Shown one piece after another: positions 17,281 through 27,489 of a stretch of DNA of 41,991 nt. The notes beneath the pieces are model-generated. The model was given only the letters and a program-made list of their open reading frames with translations, did no database searches and was not told the DNA's origin. Source of the stretch: Thermoanaerobaculia bacterium (GTDB taxonomy: Bacteria > Acidobacteriota > Thermoanaerobaculia > UBA5066 > Gp7-AA6); contig DATIRW010000268.1 of NCBI GenBank assembly GCA_035469365.1, positions 1 through 41,991 on the forward strand. The letters are read 5' to 3'. The stretch's first letter is position 1, and each line of letters starts with the position of its first letter. The position numbers were made by a program, and so were the translations under genes.

Positions 17281-19698
17281 TCACGGCGCGCGCAGCGCCT
17301 CGATCGGGTCCACCCGCGCGGCGTGCAACGCCGGCGCCGAAGAAGCGAGCAGCGAGGCGGCCAGCAGGAAGAAGGCGACGGACGCGAGGACCCCGGGATC
17401 GAACGGCCGGACTCCGAAGAGCAGGCTTCCGAGGAGCCGGCTCGCGGCGGCGGAGACAACGAGGCTGAGCGCGAGCCCGGCGGCCGAGGTCTTCAGGGCT
17501 TCCGAGACGACCATGAAGAGGACGCTCCGCCTGTCCGCTCCGAGCGCTATGCGGACGCCGATCTCGCGTGTGCGCTGCGCGATCCCGTACGACGTGACGG
17601 CGTAGAGGCCCGATCCCGCCAGCAGGAGGGCGAGCGCGGCGAAGATCACAAGCATGGAAGCGTAGAAGCGGGGCTGGGAAACCGTTTCTGAAACCGCCAG
17701 CTCGAGCGGCTGGATCTCGGAGATCGGTTGGTCCGGCTCGAGCCCTCGGATCGCGGCGCGCGCGGCCCCGGCGACGGAGAGGGGGTTGCCGGCCGTGCGC
17801 AGGAAGATCTTCAGCGAGCCGCGGGGAAAGCGGGACATCGGGACGTACATCGCGCCGCCGGCGGCTTCGCGCAGCCCCTCGTGCCGGACGTCCCCGGCGA
17901 CTCCGATAACCGCAAACGGCGCGCGCCCGAACTGGAGGATCCTTCCCAGCGGATCCTGGCCGGGCCAGAGCTGCCGGGCGAGCGCTCGGTTGACGACGAG
18001 GACGAGGGACTTCTTCATGAAATCCTCTTCCGTGAAGTCCCGTCCCCGGAGGATCGGGATCCCGAGCGCGGTGAAGTAGTCGGGAGTGACGATGAGCGCG
18101 CCGGAGGCCGGCTGGAAGAGCGCGAGATCCGGGCGTCCCGGGACCGAAACGCGATACGCCTCTCCTCCTCCGCTCAAGGGCATCGTCTTGCTGCCGCCGG
18201 CCGCCACCACTCCCGGAAGCGCGCGCATTCTCCGGAGCAGTTCCGACCGGTAGGCGGCCTCGCGGTCGAGCTCCGGGTATTTCCAGCCCGGAATCGTTAT
18301 GGAGAGCGCGAGGACCCGCTCGGTCTGAAGGCCGGAAGGGACCTGCATCAGCCGCCAGAAGCTCTTGGCGAGGAGTCCTGCTCCCGTCAGGAGAATCGCC
18401 GCGAGCACCGTCTCGGCGACGACGAGGCCGCGCCGCACGTCCCCCCGGGAATGCGTCTCGCCCCGTCCGCCGGCTTCGAGCGCCGGCGCGATGTTGGGAC
18501 GCATGGCGCGCCGCGCAGGCAGGAGCCCGAAGAGAAGTCCGGTCAGAAGAGAGACGCCGAGCGTGAAGGCGGCAACGGCGGCGTCCGGATGAATCTCGTT
18601 GGCGCGGGGGATGCGTCCGCCCGCCAGGGCCACGAGTCCCGCGACGCACCATTGCGCCGCGAGGAGCCCGAGGCCGCCGCCGAGAAGAGCGAGAAGGACG
18701 CTCTCCGTCAGGAGCTGGCGCGCGATCCGCGCGGGGCTTGCTCCGAGCGCCGTCCGGATGGCGATCTCGCGCCGCCGCGTGGCCGACCGGGCGAGCAGCA
18801 GGTTGGCCACGTTGCCGCACGCGATCAGAAGCACGAGGCAGACGGCGCCGAACAGAACGTAGAGCGGAGCGCGCACGTCGCCGAGAAGCGATGTCTCCAG
18901 CGGCACGACGAGGGCCTTCCCGAACCCCTGGTTGCTGTCGGGGTACTCCCGCTCGAGGCGTGCGAAGAGCGCGCTCGCGCCGGCCCGCGCCTGCTCCAGG
19001 GTTGCTCCCGGCGCCAGGCGCCCCACGACTTCGAGCCAGCGGACCGAGCGCCGGTGCGGGACGTCGTCTTCGGTCATGAGCGAAACGGGGACCCACAGGT
19101 CCACTTCCGATGAGGGAAACTGGAACGAGCGCGGCATGACGCCGACGACGGTGAACGGCTTTCCCTCGAGGACGAGCGTCGAGCCTACGGCGACTCCTCC
19201 GGTTCCGGAGAGCCGCGTCCGGAGGCGCTCGCTCACGACGGCGACGCGGTCCCGGCCCGGGGTGTTCTCCTCGCGGACAAGCGTGCGGCCTTCCGCCGCG
19301 GGAACGCCGAGTGTCTCGAAGAAGTCAGCGGACACGACGCAGGCCGAGACGCGCTCCGGCTCTCCCTTGCCGAGGAGGTTCATGCCGGAGAGGCCCGGGA
19401 CGAATTGATAGGCAGCCACGCGCGACAGGCCGGGCCGCTCCCGCGCGAGGTCGTCGAAGTCCTGAGGCGAGAAGCTCTGCCCCGGGCGCCCGCCTTCGGA
19501 GCGAACGTGCCCGATCCGCACGAGCCGCTCCGGTTCGAGGTACGGCAAAGCCCGGATGAGAACGCCCCGTACGACCGAGAAGATCGCCGTGTTGGCCCCG
19601 ATTCCCAGGGTGAGCGTGATGACGATGACCGCCGTGAAGCCCGGTGTCCTCGCGAAAGTGCGGAATGCGTAACGCACGTCCTGGAGGATCAGCGTCAT
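17281..19698 (-). CDS. ADOP-family permease (duplicated FtsX/MacB-like ABC permease), intact
   Basis: 805 aa. N-terminal signature LQDVRYAFRTFARTPGFTAVIVITLTLGIGANTAIFSVV. There are two FtsX modules, each preceded by a large periplasmic domain. The C-terminal AARVDPIEALR is typical of this family. Confidence 0.85.
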   Translation of the reverse strand: MTLILQDVRYAFRTFARTPGFTAVIVITLTLGIGANTAIFSVVRGVLIRALPYLEPERLVRIGHVRSEGGRPGQSFSPQDFDDLARERPGLSRVAAYQFVPGLSGMNLLGKGEPERVSACVVSADFFETLGVPAAEGRTLVREENTPGRDRVAVVSERLRTRLSGTGGVAVGSTLVLEGKPFTVVGVMPRSFQFPSSEVDLWVPVSLMTEDDVPHRRSVRWLEVVGRLAPGATLEQARAGASALFARLEREYPDSNQGFGKALVVPLETSLLGDVRAPLYVLFGAVCLVLLIACGNVANLLLARSATRRREIAIRTALGASPARIARQLLTESVLLALLGGGLGLLAAQWCVAGLVALAGGRIPRANEIHPDAAVAAFTLGVSLLTGLLFGLLPARRAMRPNIAPALEAGGRGETHSRGDVRRGLVVAETVLAAILLTGAGLLAKSFWRLMQVPSGLQTERVLALSITIPGWKYPELDREAAYRSELLRRMRALPGVVAAGGSKTMPLSGGGEAYRVSVPGRPDLALFQPASGALIVTPDYFTALGIPILRGRDFTEEDFMKKSLVLVVNRALARQLWPGQDPLGRILQFGRAPFAVIGVAGDVRHEGLREAAGGAMYVPMSRFPRGSLKIFLRTAGNPLSVAGAARAAIRGLEPDQPISEIQPLELAVSETVSQPRFYASMLVIFAALALLLAGSGLYAVTSYGIAQRTREIGVRIALGADRRSVLFMVVSEALKTSAAGLALSLVVSAAASRLLGSLLFGVRPFDPGVLASVAFFLLAASLLASSAPALHAARVDPIEALRAP

Positions 19699-19749
19699 GC
19701 TTGTGCCTCCTTCACCGTGAGCTTATTCACTCCGAAGCGCCTGCCGCCT

Positions 19750-22145
19750 TCACTCCGACCGCAGCGCGACGATCGGGTCGACACGGCTTGCGCGGCGCGC
19801 GGGCAGCCCGCTGGCGAGAAGCGTCGCGCCGAGAAGAACGGCGGCCATCGCGGCGTAGGTCGCCGGGTCGAACGCGCTGACGCCGAAGAGGAGCCTGGAC
19901 AGGTAGGCGCGGGCAAGCAGCGCGCCGCCGACCATGCCGAGGACGATGCCAATCGCGCCGAGCGTGGCGGCCTGGCGCAGGACGAGCCGGACAACGTCCC
20001 CCGGCCGCGCCCCGAGCGCGACGCGGACGCCGATCTCGCGGGTGCGCCGCGAGACCGCCTGCGAGATGACGCCGTACACGCCGACGGCCGCGAGGCCGAG
20101 CGCCAGCGCGGCGAAGAGCGCGAGCACCGTGTTTCGGCGCGCGGGCGAAGCCATCGAGGAGGCGAGGACCTCTTCCATCGTCGCGACCTCCGCGATCGGA
20201 AGATTCGGGTCGAGCGCCCGGACGGCGGCCTTGACGGAAGCGGTCAGCCGCAGGGGGTCGCCCTGCGCGCGGACCACGACGCTCGTCCAGCGCTGCCACT
20301 GCTGGAGCTTCTGCGAATAGGGGGTATAGACCGCCGGCCCTTCTCCCAGCGCGAGCCCGAGATGCCGCACGTCGCGCGCGACGCCGACGATCGTGATCCA
20401 ATCGGTCCCGGGCAGCCGAGCCCACCGGATCCTCGCTCCGATCGGGTCGCGGCCGCGGAAGAACTCGCGCGCCATCGTTTCGTTGACGACTCCGACGAGA
20501 GGCGCGCCTTCCCGATCCGATTCGGTGAATGCGCGTCCGCGCAGGATCCCGATTCCCATCGTCCGGAAGTAGGCGGAGCTTACGAGCCGCGTGTAGGCCG
20601 AGGGCTCCGCGCCCTTCGGGTAGACGGGGCCTCCCTCGACGACGACGTTGTGGTCGAGCGGAGAGCCGCCGACGGGCAGGTCGCTGATCAGCACCGCGCC
20701 GGTCACGCCGGGGAGAGCCGAAATCCTTTCCAGCAACGACCGGAGGAACCGGGTCTGAGGGGGGATCTCCGCGTAGCGCGTCTCCGGCAGGTCGAGGCGG
20801 AAGGTCAGCAAGCGTTCGGTCCGGAACCCGGATCGGCCGACGCCAGCCGGGAGAGCCCCTTGAAAAGAAGGCCGGCGCCGTTCAAGAGGACGAGCGCGAC
20901 GGCGATCTCCCAGACAACGAGACCGCGGCTGACGCGAGACTCGCGGAAGGTCCCGGCCCCTCGCCCCGCGAGGTTCTCGGCTCCGGCCTTGACGCGGGTG
21001 AGCTGAAGCGCGGGGAGGAGCCCGAAGAGAACGCCGGTCGCCACCGAGACTGTGAGCGCGAAGAGGAAGACACGGACGTCCAGATGCACCCGGGCGGCAA
21101 GGCGGGCGGAAACCGGAGGCAGCTTCGCCGCCAGCCCCTGCGCCCAGGCGGCCAGCACGAGACCGGCCGCGCCGCCGAGCGCCGAAAGCAGGACGCTCTC
21201 GGCGACGAGCTGGCGAACGAGCCGCGAGCGCCCCGCTCCGAGCGCCGATCGGATCGCGATCTCCCGGCTACGGCGGGCCGAACGGGACAGCAGGAGGTTG
21301 GCGAAGTTCGCGCAACTGATGAGAAGCACCACGAAGACAGCGGAAAAAAGCAGGAAGAGGGTCGGCCGCGATCTCGCCACGACCTGTTCCTGGAGCGGAA
21401 CCAGGCGGAAAGTCTGCTCTCCGTCTTCCTCCGGATGGATGTGCTTCAACTCGCCCACGATCGCGTCGAGTTCTGCCTGGGCCGACGCGAGAGAAACTCC
21501 GGGCGCCTGACGCGCGAACGAGCGCAGGAGGTGAGCTCCGCGCGCCGGCGCGGCCTCCGCCGCCGCGGCCTGGAACGGCAGCCAGATGTCGGCCACCGCG
21601 CGCGGAACCTCGAACGCCTCCGGCATGACGCCGGCAACCGTGTAGGGCTTGCCTCCGAGAAGCAGGACCCGGCCGAGGGCCGCCGGCTCGCCTGCGAGCT
21701 GAGCCTTCCAGAAGCCGTGACTGATGACAGCCACCGGCTCCGCGCCCGGCCGATCATCCGCCGGTGTGATCGTCCGGCCGAGCTCGGCCCTGCCGCCGAG
21801 CGCCTCGAATGTCTGGCCCGTCACGACCGCCGCCTGGACCCTCTCCGGCTCGGCGCCGTTGCCCCAGTCGAGCGGCCAGATCTGGGCCCCGGCCAGCTGC
21901 GCGAAGGAACGGCTCTGACGGGAGAGGTCCTCGAGGTCCGGCCCCGACTGGTTCGTCGTGAAGCCGGCGAGGCGCCCGGCGTCGGGATAGGGGAGAGGCC
22001 GGAGCAGGATCGCGTTGACGACGGAGAACATCGTCGTGTTGGCTCCGATCCCGAGCGCGAGTGTCAACACGGCCACGACCGTGAATCCCGGGTTCTTCCC
22101 GAGAGTCCTCAGCGCGTACCGGAGATCCCGCAGAAGCGCGCTCAC
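19750..22145 (-). pseudogene. ADOP-family permease interrupted by a single-base frameshift (or an assembly indel)
   Basis: ORFs 20805-22145 and 19750-20811 are the N- and C-terminal halves of one permease. The span is 2396 nt, which is 3n-1. Adding one base at gene-sense GAT CCG GGT TCC (plus ~20822-20831) gives ...[19 protein letters not shown]..., parallel to the junction in the intact paralogue. Confidence 0.75.
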
Positions 22146-22149
22146 CGTG

Positions 22150-22863
<714 letters not shown>

Positions 22864-22872
22864 CGGTTCACC

Positions 22873-25283
22873 TCATTCGTGTCTCAGAGCGGCCATCGGG
22901 TCGATGCGCGCCGCGCGGCGTGCCGGGATCCAGCTCGCCGCCATCGCCACCGCCGTGAGAACGAGGGCCACAGCAGCGAAGGACAGCGGGTCCGTCGGCG
23001 CGACGCCGAAGAGCATGGTCTTCAAGAGGCGCGTGGCCGCGACCGCGAGCGCCAGTCCCGCGAGGAGGCCCGCCCCCGCGAACCGCGCGCTCTCCCCGAG
23101 GAAGAGCGCGAGGACGTCCCGGCGACGCGCACCCAGGGCGATCCGGATGCCGACTTCGCGCACGCGCTGCCCGGCCAGGAACGCGACGACGCCGTAGATG
23201 CCGACCGCGGCGAGGAGAAGCGCGAGGCCGGCGAACGTGCCGAGCAGAAGCATCGTGAAGCGGCGCTGGCCGAGCGAACGGGCGACGACTTCCGAGAGCG
23301 CCTGGACCTCCTCGACCGGCAGCTTCGGGTCGAGCGAGCGGATCCTCGAGCGCACGGCCGGAGCGAGGCGCAGCGGATTCCCCTCGGACCGGACGAGGAT
23401 CGCCATTTCGTCCCAGGGCACCTGCTCGGCCGGCACGTAGAGCTCCGCCAGGGGAGGGTCCGCGAGGCCCTCCTCGAGCACGTTGCCGACGATCCCGACG
23501 ACGCGCCGGGCGCTTTGGCGCGGTCTCCAATCACGATCTCGCGCCCGATCGGGTCTTCTCCCGGGAAGTAGCGGCGGGCCAGCGTCTCGTTGACGAGCAT
23601 GACGAGCGGCGAGCCCGGCCGGTCTTCCGGAGTGAAGACCCGGCCCCGCTTGAGGGGGACTCCCGCCGCCGCGAAGAAGTCGCCGCCCACGACGCGGTAC
23701 GTGATCGAGGCCTCGTCCCCGGCCGGCACGGGATGGTCGAGAAACCTGACCGACAGCGTGTACTGCCGGCCGGTCACTGGCAGGAAGTTCGTCGTGCCGA
23801 CGGCCGCGACTCCCGGCAGCGAGGCCAGGCTCGCCGTCAGCTCGCGGTAGAAGGCCGCGATCTGCGGGGGCTCGGGGTAACGCGAGCTCGGCAGTTGGAG
23901 TTGGGCCGTCAGGACGCCTTGCGGGCGGATGCCGGGCTCCACGCGGAGGACCGCGGCCATGCTCCTCAGAAGCAGGGCGGCCCCGACGAGCAGGACGAGG
24001 GTCAGCGCGATCTCGGCTACGAGCATCGCCTGCCGCGCCGCCCCGGCCCGCGGCCCGTAGCCGGCCGACCCGGCGGAGGCGCGCAGCGCATCGCGGCCGG
24101 CCGGATAGGTCGCGCGCAGGGCCGGCCAGAGTCCCGCCGCCAGGGCGGTCGCGAGCGACACGGCGAGCGTGTAGAGGAGGACCCGCACGTCGATTCCGAC
24201 CTCCGCGCTGCGCGGCAGGCTGTCGCCCGCGAGCGCGACGAGCGTCTCGGCTCCCCACACGGCGAGCGCGACCCCGGCCGCGCCTCCGGCGAGGGCCAGC
24301 GCGAGGGTTTCCGTCAGCATCTGGCGCAGGAGCCGGACGCGGCCTGCCCCGAGCGCGCCGCGGATCGCGATCTCCCTCCTTCGGGACGTCCCGCGGGCGA
24401 AGAGCAGGTTCGCGACGTTCACGCAGGCGATGAGAAGCACGAATGTCACGGCTCCGAGCAGGAGCAGCAGGGGTTTCCGGGCGCTGCCCGCGATCGCCTC
24501 CTGGAGCGGGACCAGCACGACGCCCCAGCCGGCGTTCTTCTCCGGATAGGCGGCGGCGAGCCGCGCGGCGATCGCGGAGAGGTCGGCCTGCGCCGCCGCC
24601 GGCGAAACTTCCGGCCTTCTTCTGGCGACAACGCCGAGCCAGTGCGCGCCGCGGTTCTCGAGGGCCTTCGCGTCCAGAACGAGCGGCGTCCAGATGTCGG
24701 CGTCGCGGGAGGGGTAACGAAAACCGCGCGGCATGACGCCGCGGATAATCCGGCTCTTCCCGTCGAGGGAGATCGTCCGGCCGACGACGCCCGTGTCCCC
24801 GCCGAAACGCCGCTGCCAGAACTGCCAGGAGAGGAGGACGACCGGTTCGCGGCCGGGGTTCTCGTCCTCGGCGTCGAATGCGCGGCCGTAGAGCGGCGAG
24901 ACGCCCAGCACCGGGAAGAGGGCGGGAGAGACCGCGTAGCCGCGCAGGCGCAAGGGCTCGCCCTCGGCCGTCAGCGTCGCGTCGTCGCCGGTGAACGCGG
25001 CCATGCCGGCGAGCGTCGTGTTCTGCGCGCGCCAATCCACGAAATTGGGAGGGGACGCGCTGAACCGGTCGAAGCCCCGGCCGGGGTTGCTGTCCCAGAT
25101 CCGGACGAGCTCGCCGGGACGCGAGTACGCGAGCGGCCGCAACACCGCCGCGTCCACCACCGAGAAAACCGCCGTGTTGAAGCCGATGCCGAGCGCCAGC
25201 GTGACGACCGCCAGGACCGTGAACCCCGGACTCTTCCCCAGGGTCCGCAAAGCGTACTTGGCGTCCTGAACTAGAGCCGGCAT
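22873..25283 (-). pseudogene. ADOP-family permease interrupted by a single-base frameshift (or an assembly indel)
   Basis: ORF 23022-25283 is ADOP-like up to ...DPIGREIVIGDRAKAPG, then becomes Ser/Arg-rich nonsense. The frame of ORF 22873-25035 is ADOP-like from ...RRVVGIVGNVLEEGL to ...AARIDPMAALRHE. The span is 2411 nt, which is 3n-1. The shift lies near plus 23500-23515. Confidence 0.75.
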
Positions 25284-25319
25284 GCAGCAGACGCCTTGTT
25301 CACACGAGGGCCTCCCGGG

Positions 25320-26063
25320 TCACAGCAGGCCCGCTTCTTTCAGCTCGTGTTCCGAGGCGGCGCGTTCCTGCCCGCTCTCGTCCTCGACGACGCGTCCGTC
25401 GAAGAGATGAATGGTGCGAGCGGCATAGCGGGCGAACCGGGGGTCGTGGGTGACCATGCAGATCGTGGCGCCCTCCTGGTGAAGGTCTCTCAAGAGGGAC
25501 ATGACGGCCTCGCCGTTGACCGAGTCGAGGTTCCCGGTCGGCTCATCCGCGAGGAGAATCAGGGGGTTCCCCGCGATCGCGCGCGCGACCGCGACGCGCT
25601 GCTGCTGCCCCCCCGAGAGCTGCGAAGGGAAGTGGTTGGTCCGGTGGGCCATGCCGACCTTCTCGAGGGCGTCGTGCACGCGTTTTCTCCGCTCCTGGGC
25701 CGGCATGCCGCGGTACGTCAGGGGCAGCTCGACGTTCTCGTAGACGGAGAGGTCTCCGATCAGATTGAAGCTCTGGAAGATGAAGCCGATCTCGCGGTTC
25801 CTTATGCGGGCCCTCTCGGCGAGCTTCAGCTTCTCCGCGGGCTTGTCGTTTAAGAGGTAGGCGCCGCTCGTGGGCGAGTCGAGGAGGCCCAGGATCGAGA
25901 GAAGCGTGGACTTGCCGCATCCCGAAGGGCCCGCGATCGAGATGAACTCGCCCTGCCGGATCTGCAGGTGCACGCCCGAGAGCGCGTGCGTTTCGACCTC
26001 GTCGGTGAAGAAGACCTTGGTCACGCCTTCGAGCCGGATGACCGAGTGCCCGTTGGTGCTCAT
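25320..26063 (-). CDS. ABC transporter ATP-binding protein (MacB-type)
   Basis: 247 aa. Walker [10 protein letters not shown], signature LSGGQQQR, Walker [14 protein letters not shown]-loop VTHD. Confidence 0.9.
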   Translation of the reverse strand: MSTNGHSVIRLEGVTKVFFTDEVETHALSGVHLQIRQGEFISIAGPSGCGKSTLLSILGLLDSPTSGAYLLNDKPAEKLKLAERARIRNREIGFIFQSFNLIGDLSVYENVELPLTYRGMPAQERRKRVHDALEKVGMAHRTNHFPSQLSGGQQQRVAVARAIAGNPLILLADEPTGNLDSVNGEAVMSLLRDLHQEGATICMVTHDPRFARYAARTIHLFDGRVVEDESGQERAASEHELKEAGLL

Positions 26064-26082
26064 CGCTTCTCCTCTCGTTGCT

Positions 26083-27342
26083 TCACTTCAGCCGGACGCG
26101 ATCGAACGCGTCCCACGCGGACATGTCGGAAAGAACGACCTTGTCTCCCGGCTTGATTCCTTCGAGGATCTGGACGGTGTTGACCGAGCTCTTGCCGAGG
26201 CGGACCTTCACGCGCACGGCCTCGTCGCTGCCGGGCTGGAGACGGAAAAGCGTGATCGAGCCCTGCTCGGACCCGAAGGCGGGGCGTCCGACGAAGACCA
26301 CGTCGGCCAGGTGCTCGAGCTCGATCGTGCCGTCCACGGAGAGGTCCGGCCGCGCGCCTTTCGGGAGCGGGCCGTCCAGCGCCACGTCCACCGTCACCGT
26401 TCCGCCCTGGACCGACGGGTCGATTCTCGAGACGTGCCCTTCGACGACGCCGTTGCGCGTGTCGATGGACGCGCGCTCGCCGATCTGGACATCGCGGGCC
26501 TGCGTCTCGGCGATCTTGAGCTGCGCCTTCAGTTTCTCCGGCTGCACGACCCGCGCGAGCGTCGTGCCGGAGGTCACGCGCTGTCCGGGCTGGACCGGGA
26601 TCTCCTGGAGCACGCCGCGGATGCCGGCGCGGACGCGCATCGCTTCCAGCTGGGAGCGCTTCAAGTGCGCGAGCGCCCGCAGCTGCTCGACGCGGGCCTC
26701 CTGCGCGTCCAGCTGCGCCTTCTCCGACTGGGAGTAGACGGCCAGGCGCTTCTTCTCGATCTCGTTGCGGGTGGCGAGCTCGCGGGCGCGCGTCTGCGAC
26801 AGCTTGAGTGTCAGCTGCGCCACGAGGCCTTCCTTGAAGAGACCCTCGTTGGTCTCCGCCTGGAGCTGCGCCTGGTGAAAGTCGGATTCGATGGTCGCGG
26901 CGGCCGCCTCCTGGTCGAGGAGCTCCTTCTGGAGCCTCACGCGCGTGTTGGCGAGATCGGCCTGCCCGGCCTTCAACTGCCAGTCGGCGTCGAGCGAGTC
27001 TCTCTCCAATTCGGGGTTGGACATCTCGAGCAGCACCGTGTCCGGCGCGACGGGAGCGCCCGCCTGGACGAGCAGCCGCTCGACCCGCGCGTCCGTCGAG
27101 GACGAGATCTGCCGGATTCCCTCCGTCTCGGGGACGAGCGAGCCCGGTCCGCGCACCTGGCGTTCCATCGGGCCGCGCTTGACGGAATCGATCCAGACGG
27201 TGCTCTTGTCCACGGTCGGCGCCGCCGGCTTCAGGCGCGAGAGTCCCAGCGTGATGAGGAGGACCGCGGCGACGCCGGCGCCGCCGATGAGGATGCGGCG
27301 GCGGCGCTTCTTTCTGGAGATGTCCTCCCTGACGATGTCCAT
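26083..27342 (-). CDS. HlyD/MacA-family periplasmic adaptor (membrane fusion protein)
   Basis: Starts at the ATG at 27342 (MDIVREDISRKKRRRRILIGGAGVAAVLLITLGL is a cytoplasmic tail plus TM). A long coiled-coil and a beta-barrel region follow. The 48 codons upstream in the track ORF have clearly lower third-position GC and contain a promoter-like motif. Confidence 0.8.
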   Translation of the reverse strand: MDIVREDISRKKRRRRILIGGAGVAAVLLITLGLSRLKPAAPTVDKSTVWIDSVKRGPMERQVRGPGSLVPETEGIRQISSSTDARVERLLVQAGAPVAPDTVLLEMSNPELERDSLDADWQLKAGQADLANTRVRLQKELLDQEAAAATIESDFHQAQLQAETNEGLFKEGLVAQLTLKLSQTRARELATRNEIEKKRLAVYSQSEKAQLDAQEARVEQLRALAHLKRSQLEAMRVRAGIRGVLQEIPVQPGQRVTSGTTLARVVQPEKLKAQLKIAETQARDVQIGERASIDTRNGVVEGHVSRIDPSVQGGTVTVDVALDGPLPKGARPDLSVDGTIELEHLADVVFVGRPAFGSEQGSITLFRLQPGSDEAVRVKVRLGKSSVNTVQILEGIKPGDKVVLSDMSAWDAFDRVRLK

Positions 27343-27361
27343 AGTTCCGTCGCTCGTATGG

Positions 27362-27376
27362 GCGAGAACCGTGCCA
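27362..27376 (-). promoter_or_regulatory. Candidate sigma-54 (-24/-12) promoter upstream of the HlyD/ABC/ADOP genes
   Basis: The minus-strand sequence is TGGCACGGTTCTCGC, against the consensus TGGCACG-N4-TTGC. GG and GC have the canonical spacing and there is one mismatch in the -12 element. It lies 19 nt upstream of the ATG at 27342. A sigma-54 activator is encoded in the same gene block. Confidence 0.55.
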
Positions 27377-27457
27377 TGCACGGCCCAGGCTAAGTCACTG
27401 ATACGGAAGGGGAGAGTGAGGGTTCTCCGAAGTCCTCTGAGCGGCTGTGGGACGGGG

Positions 27458-27475
27458 CTGTCCGAAAACGGACAG
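27458..27475. promoter_or_regulatory. Perfect palindrome CTGTCCG-AAAA-CGGACAG: either a terminator-like hairpin after the repeat-protein gene or an enhancer-binding-protein site
   Basis: 7-bp arms and a 4-nt spacer, read directly. It starts 15 nt after the stop at 27490 and its centre is ~90-115 bp upstream of the candidate sigma-54 promoter/start. No U-tract follows on the minus strand. Confidence 0.4.
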
Positions 27476-27489
27476 GGGATCGACAATCG

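Noticed and set aside
27343-27486. 48-codon TTG-initiated extension of the HlyD ORF, which would make it contiguous with the upstream gene
   Set aside because: About one third of the third-codon positions are A/T, against very few in the flanking genes. There is no membrane-fusion-protein-like sequence. The region contains promoter-like and palindromic motifs.
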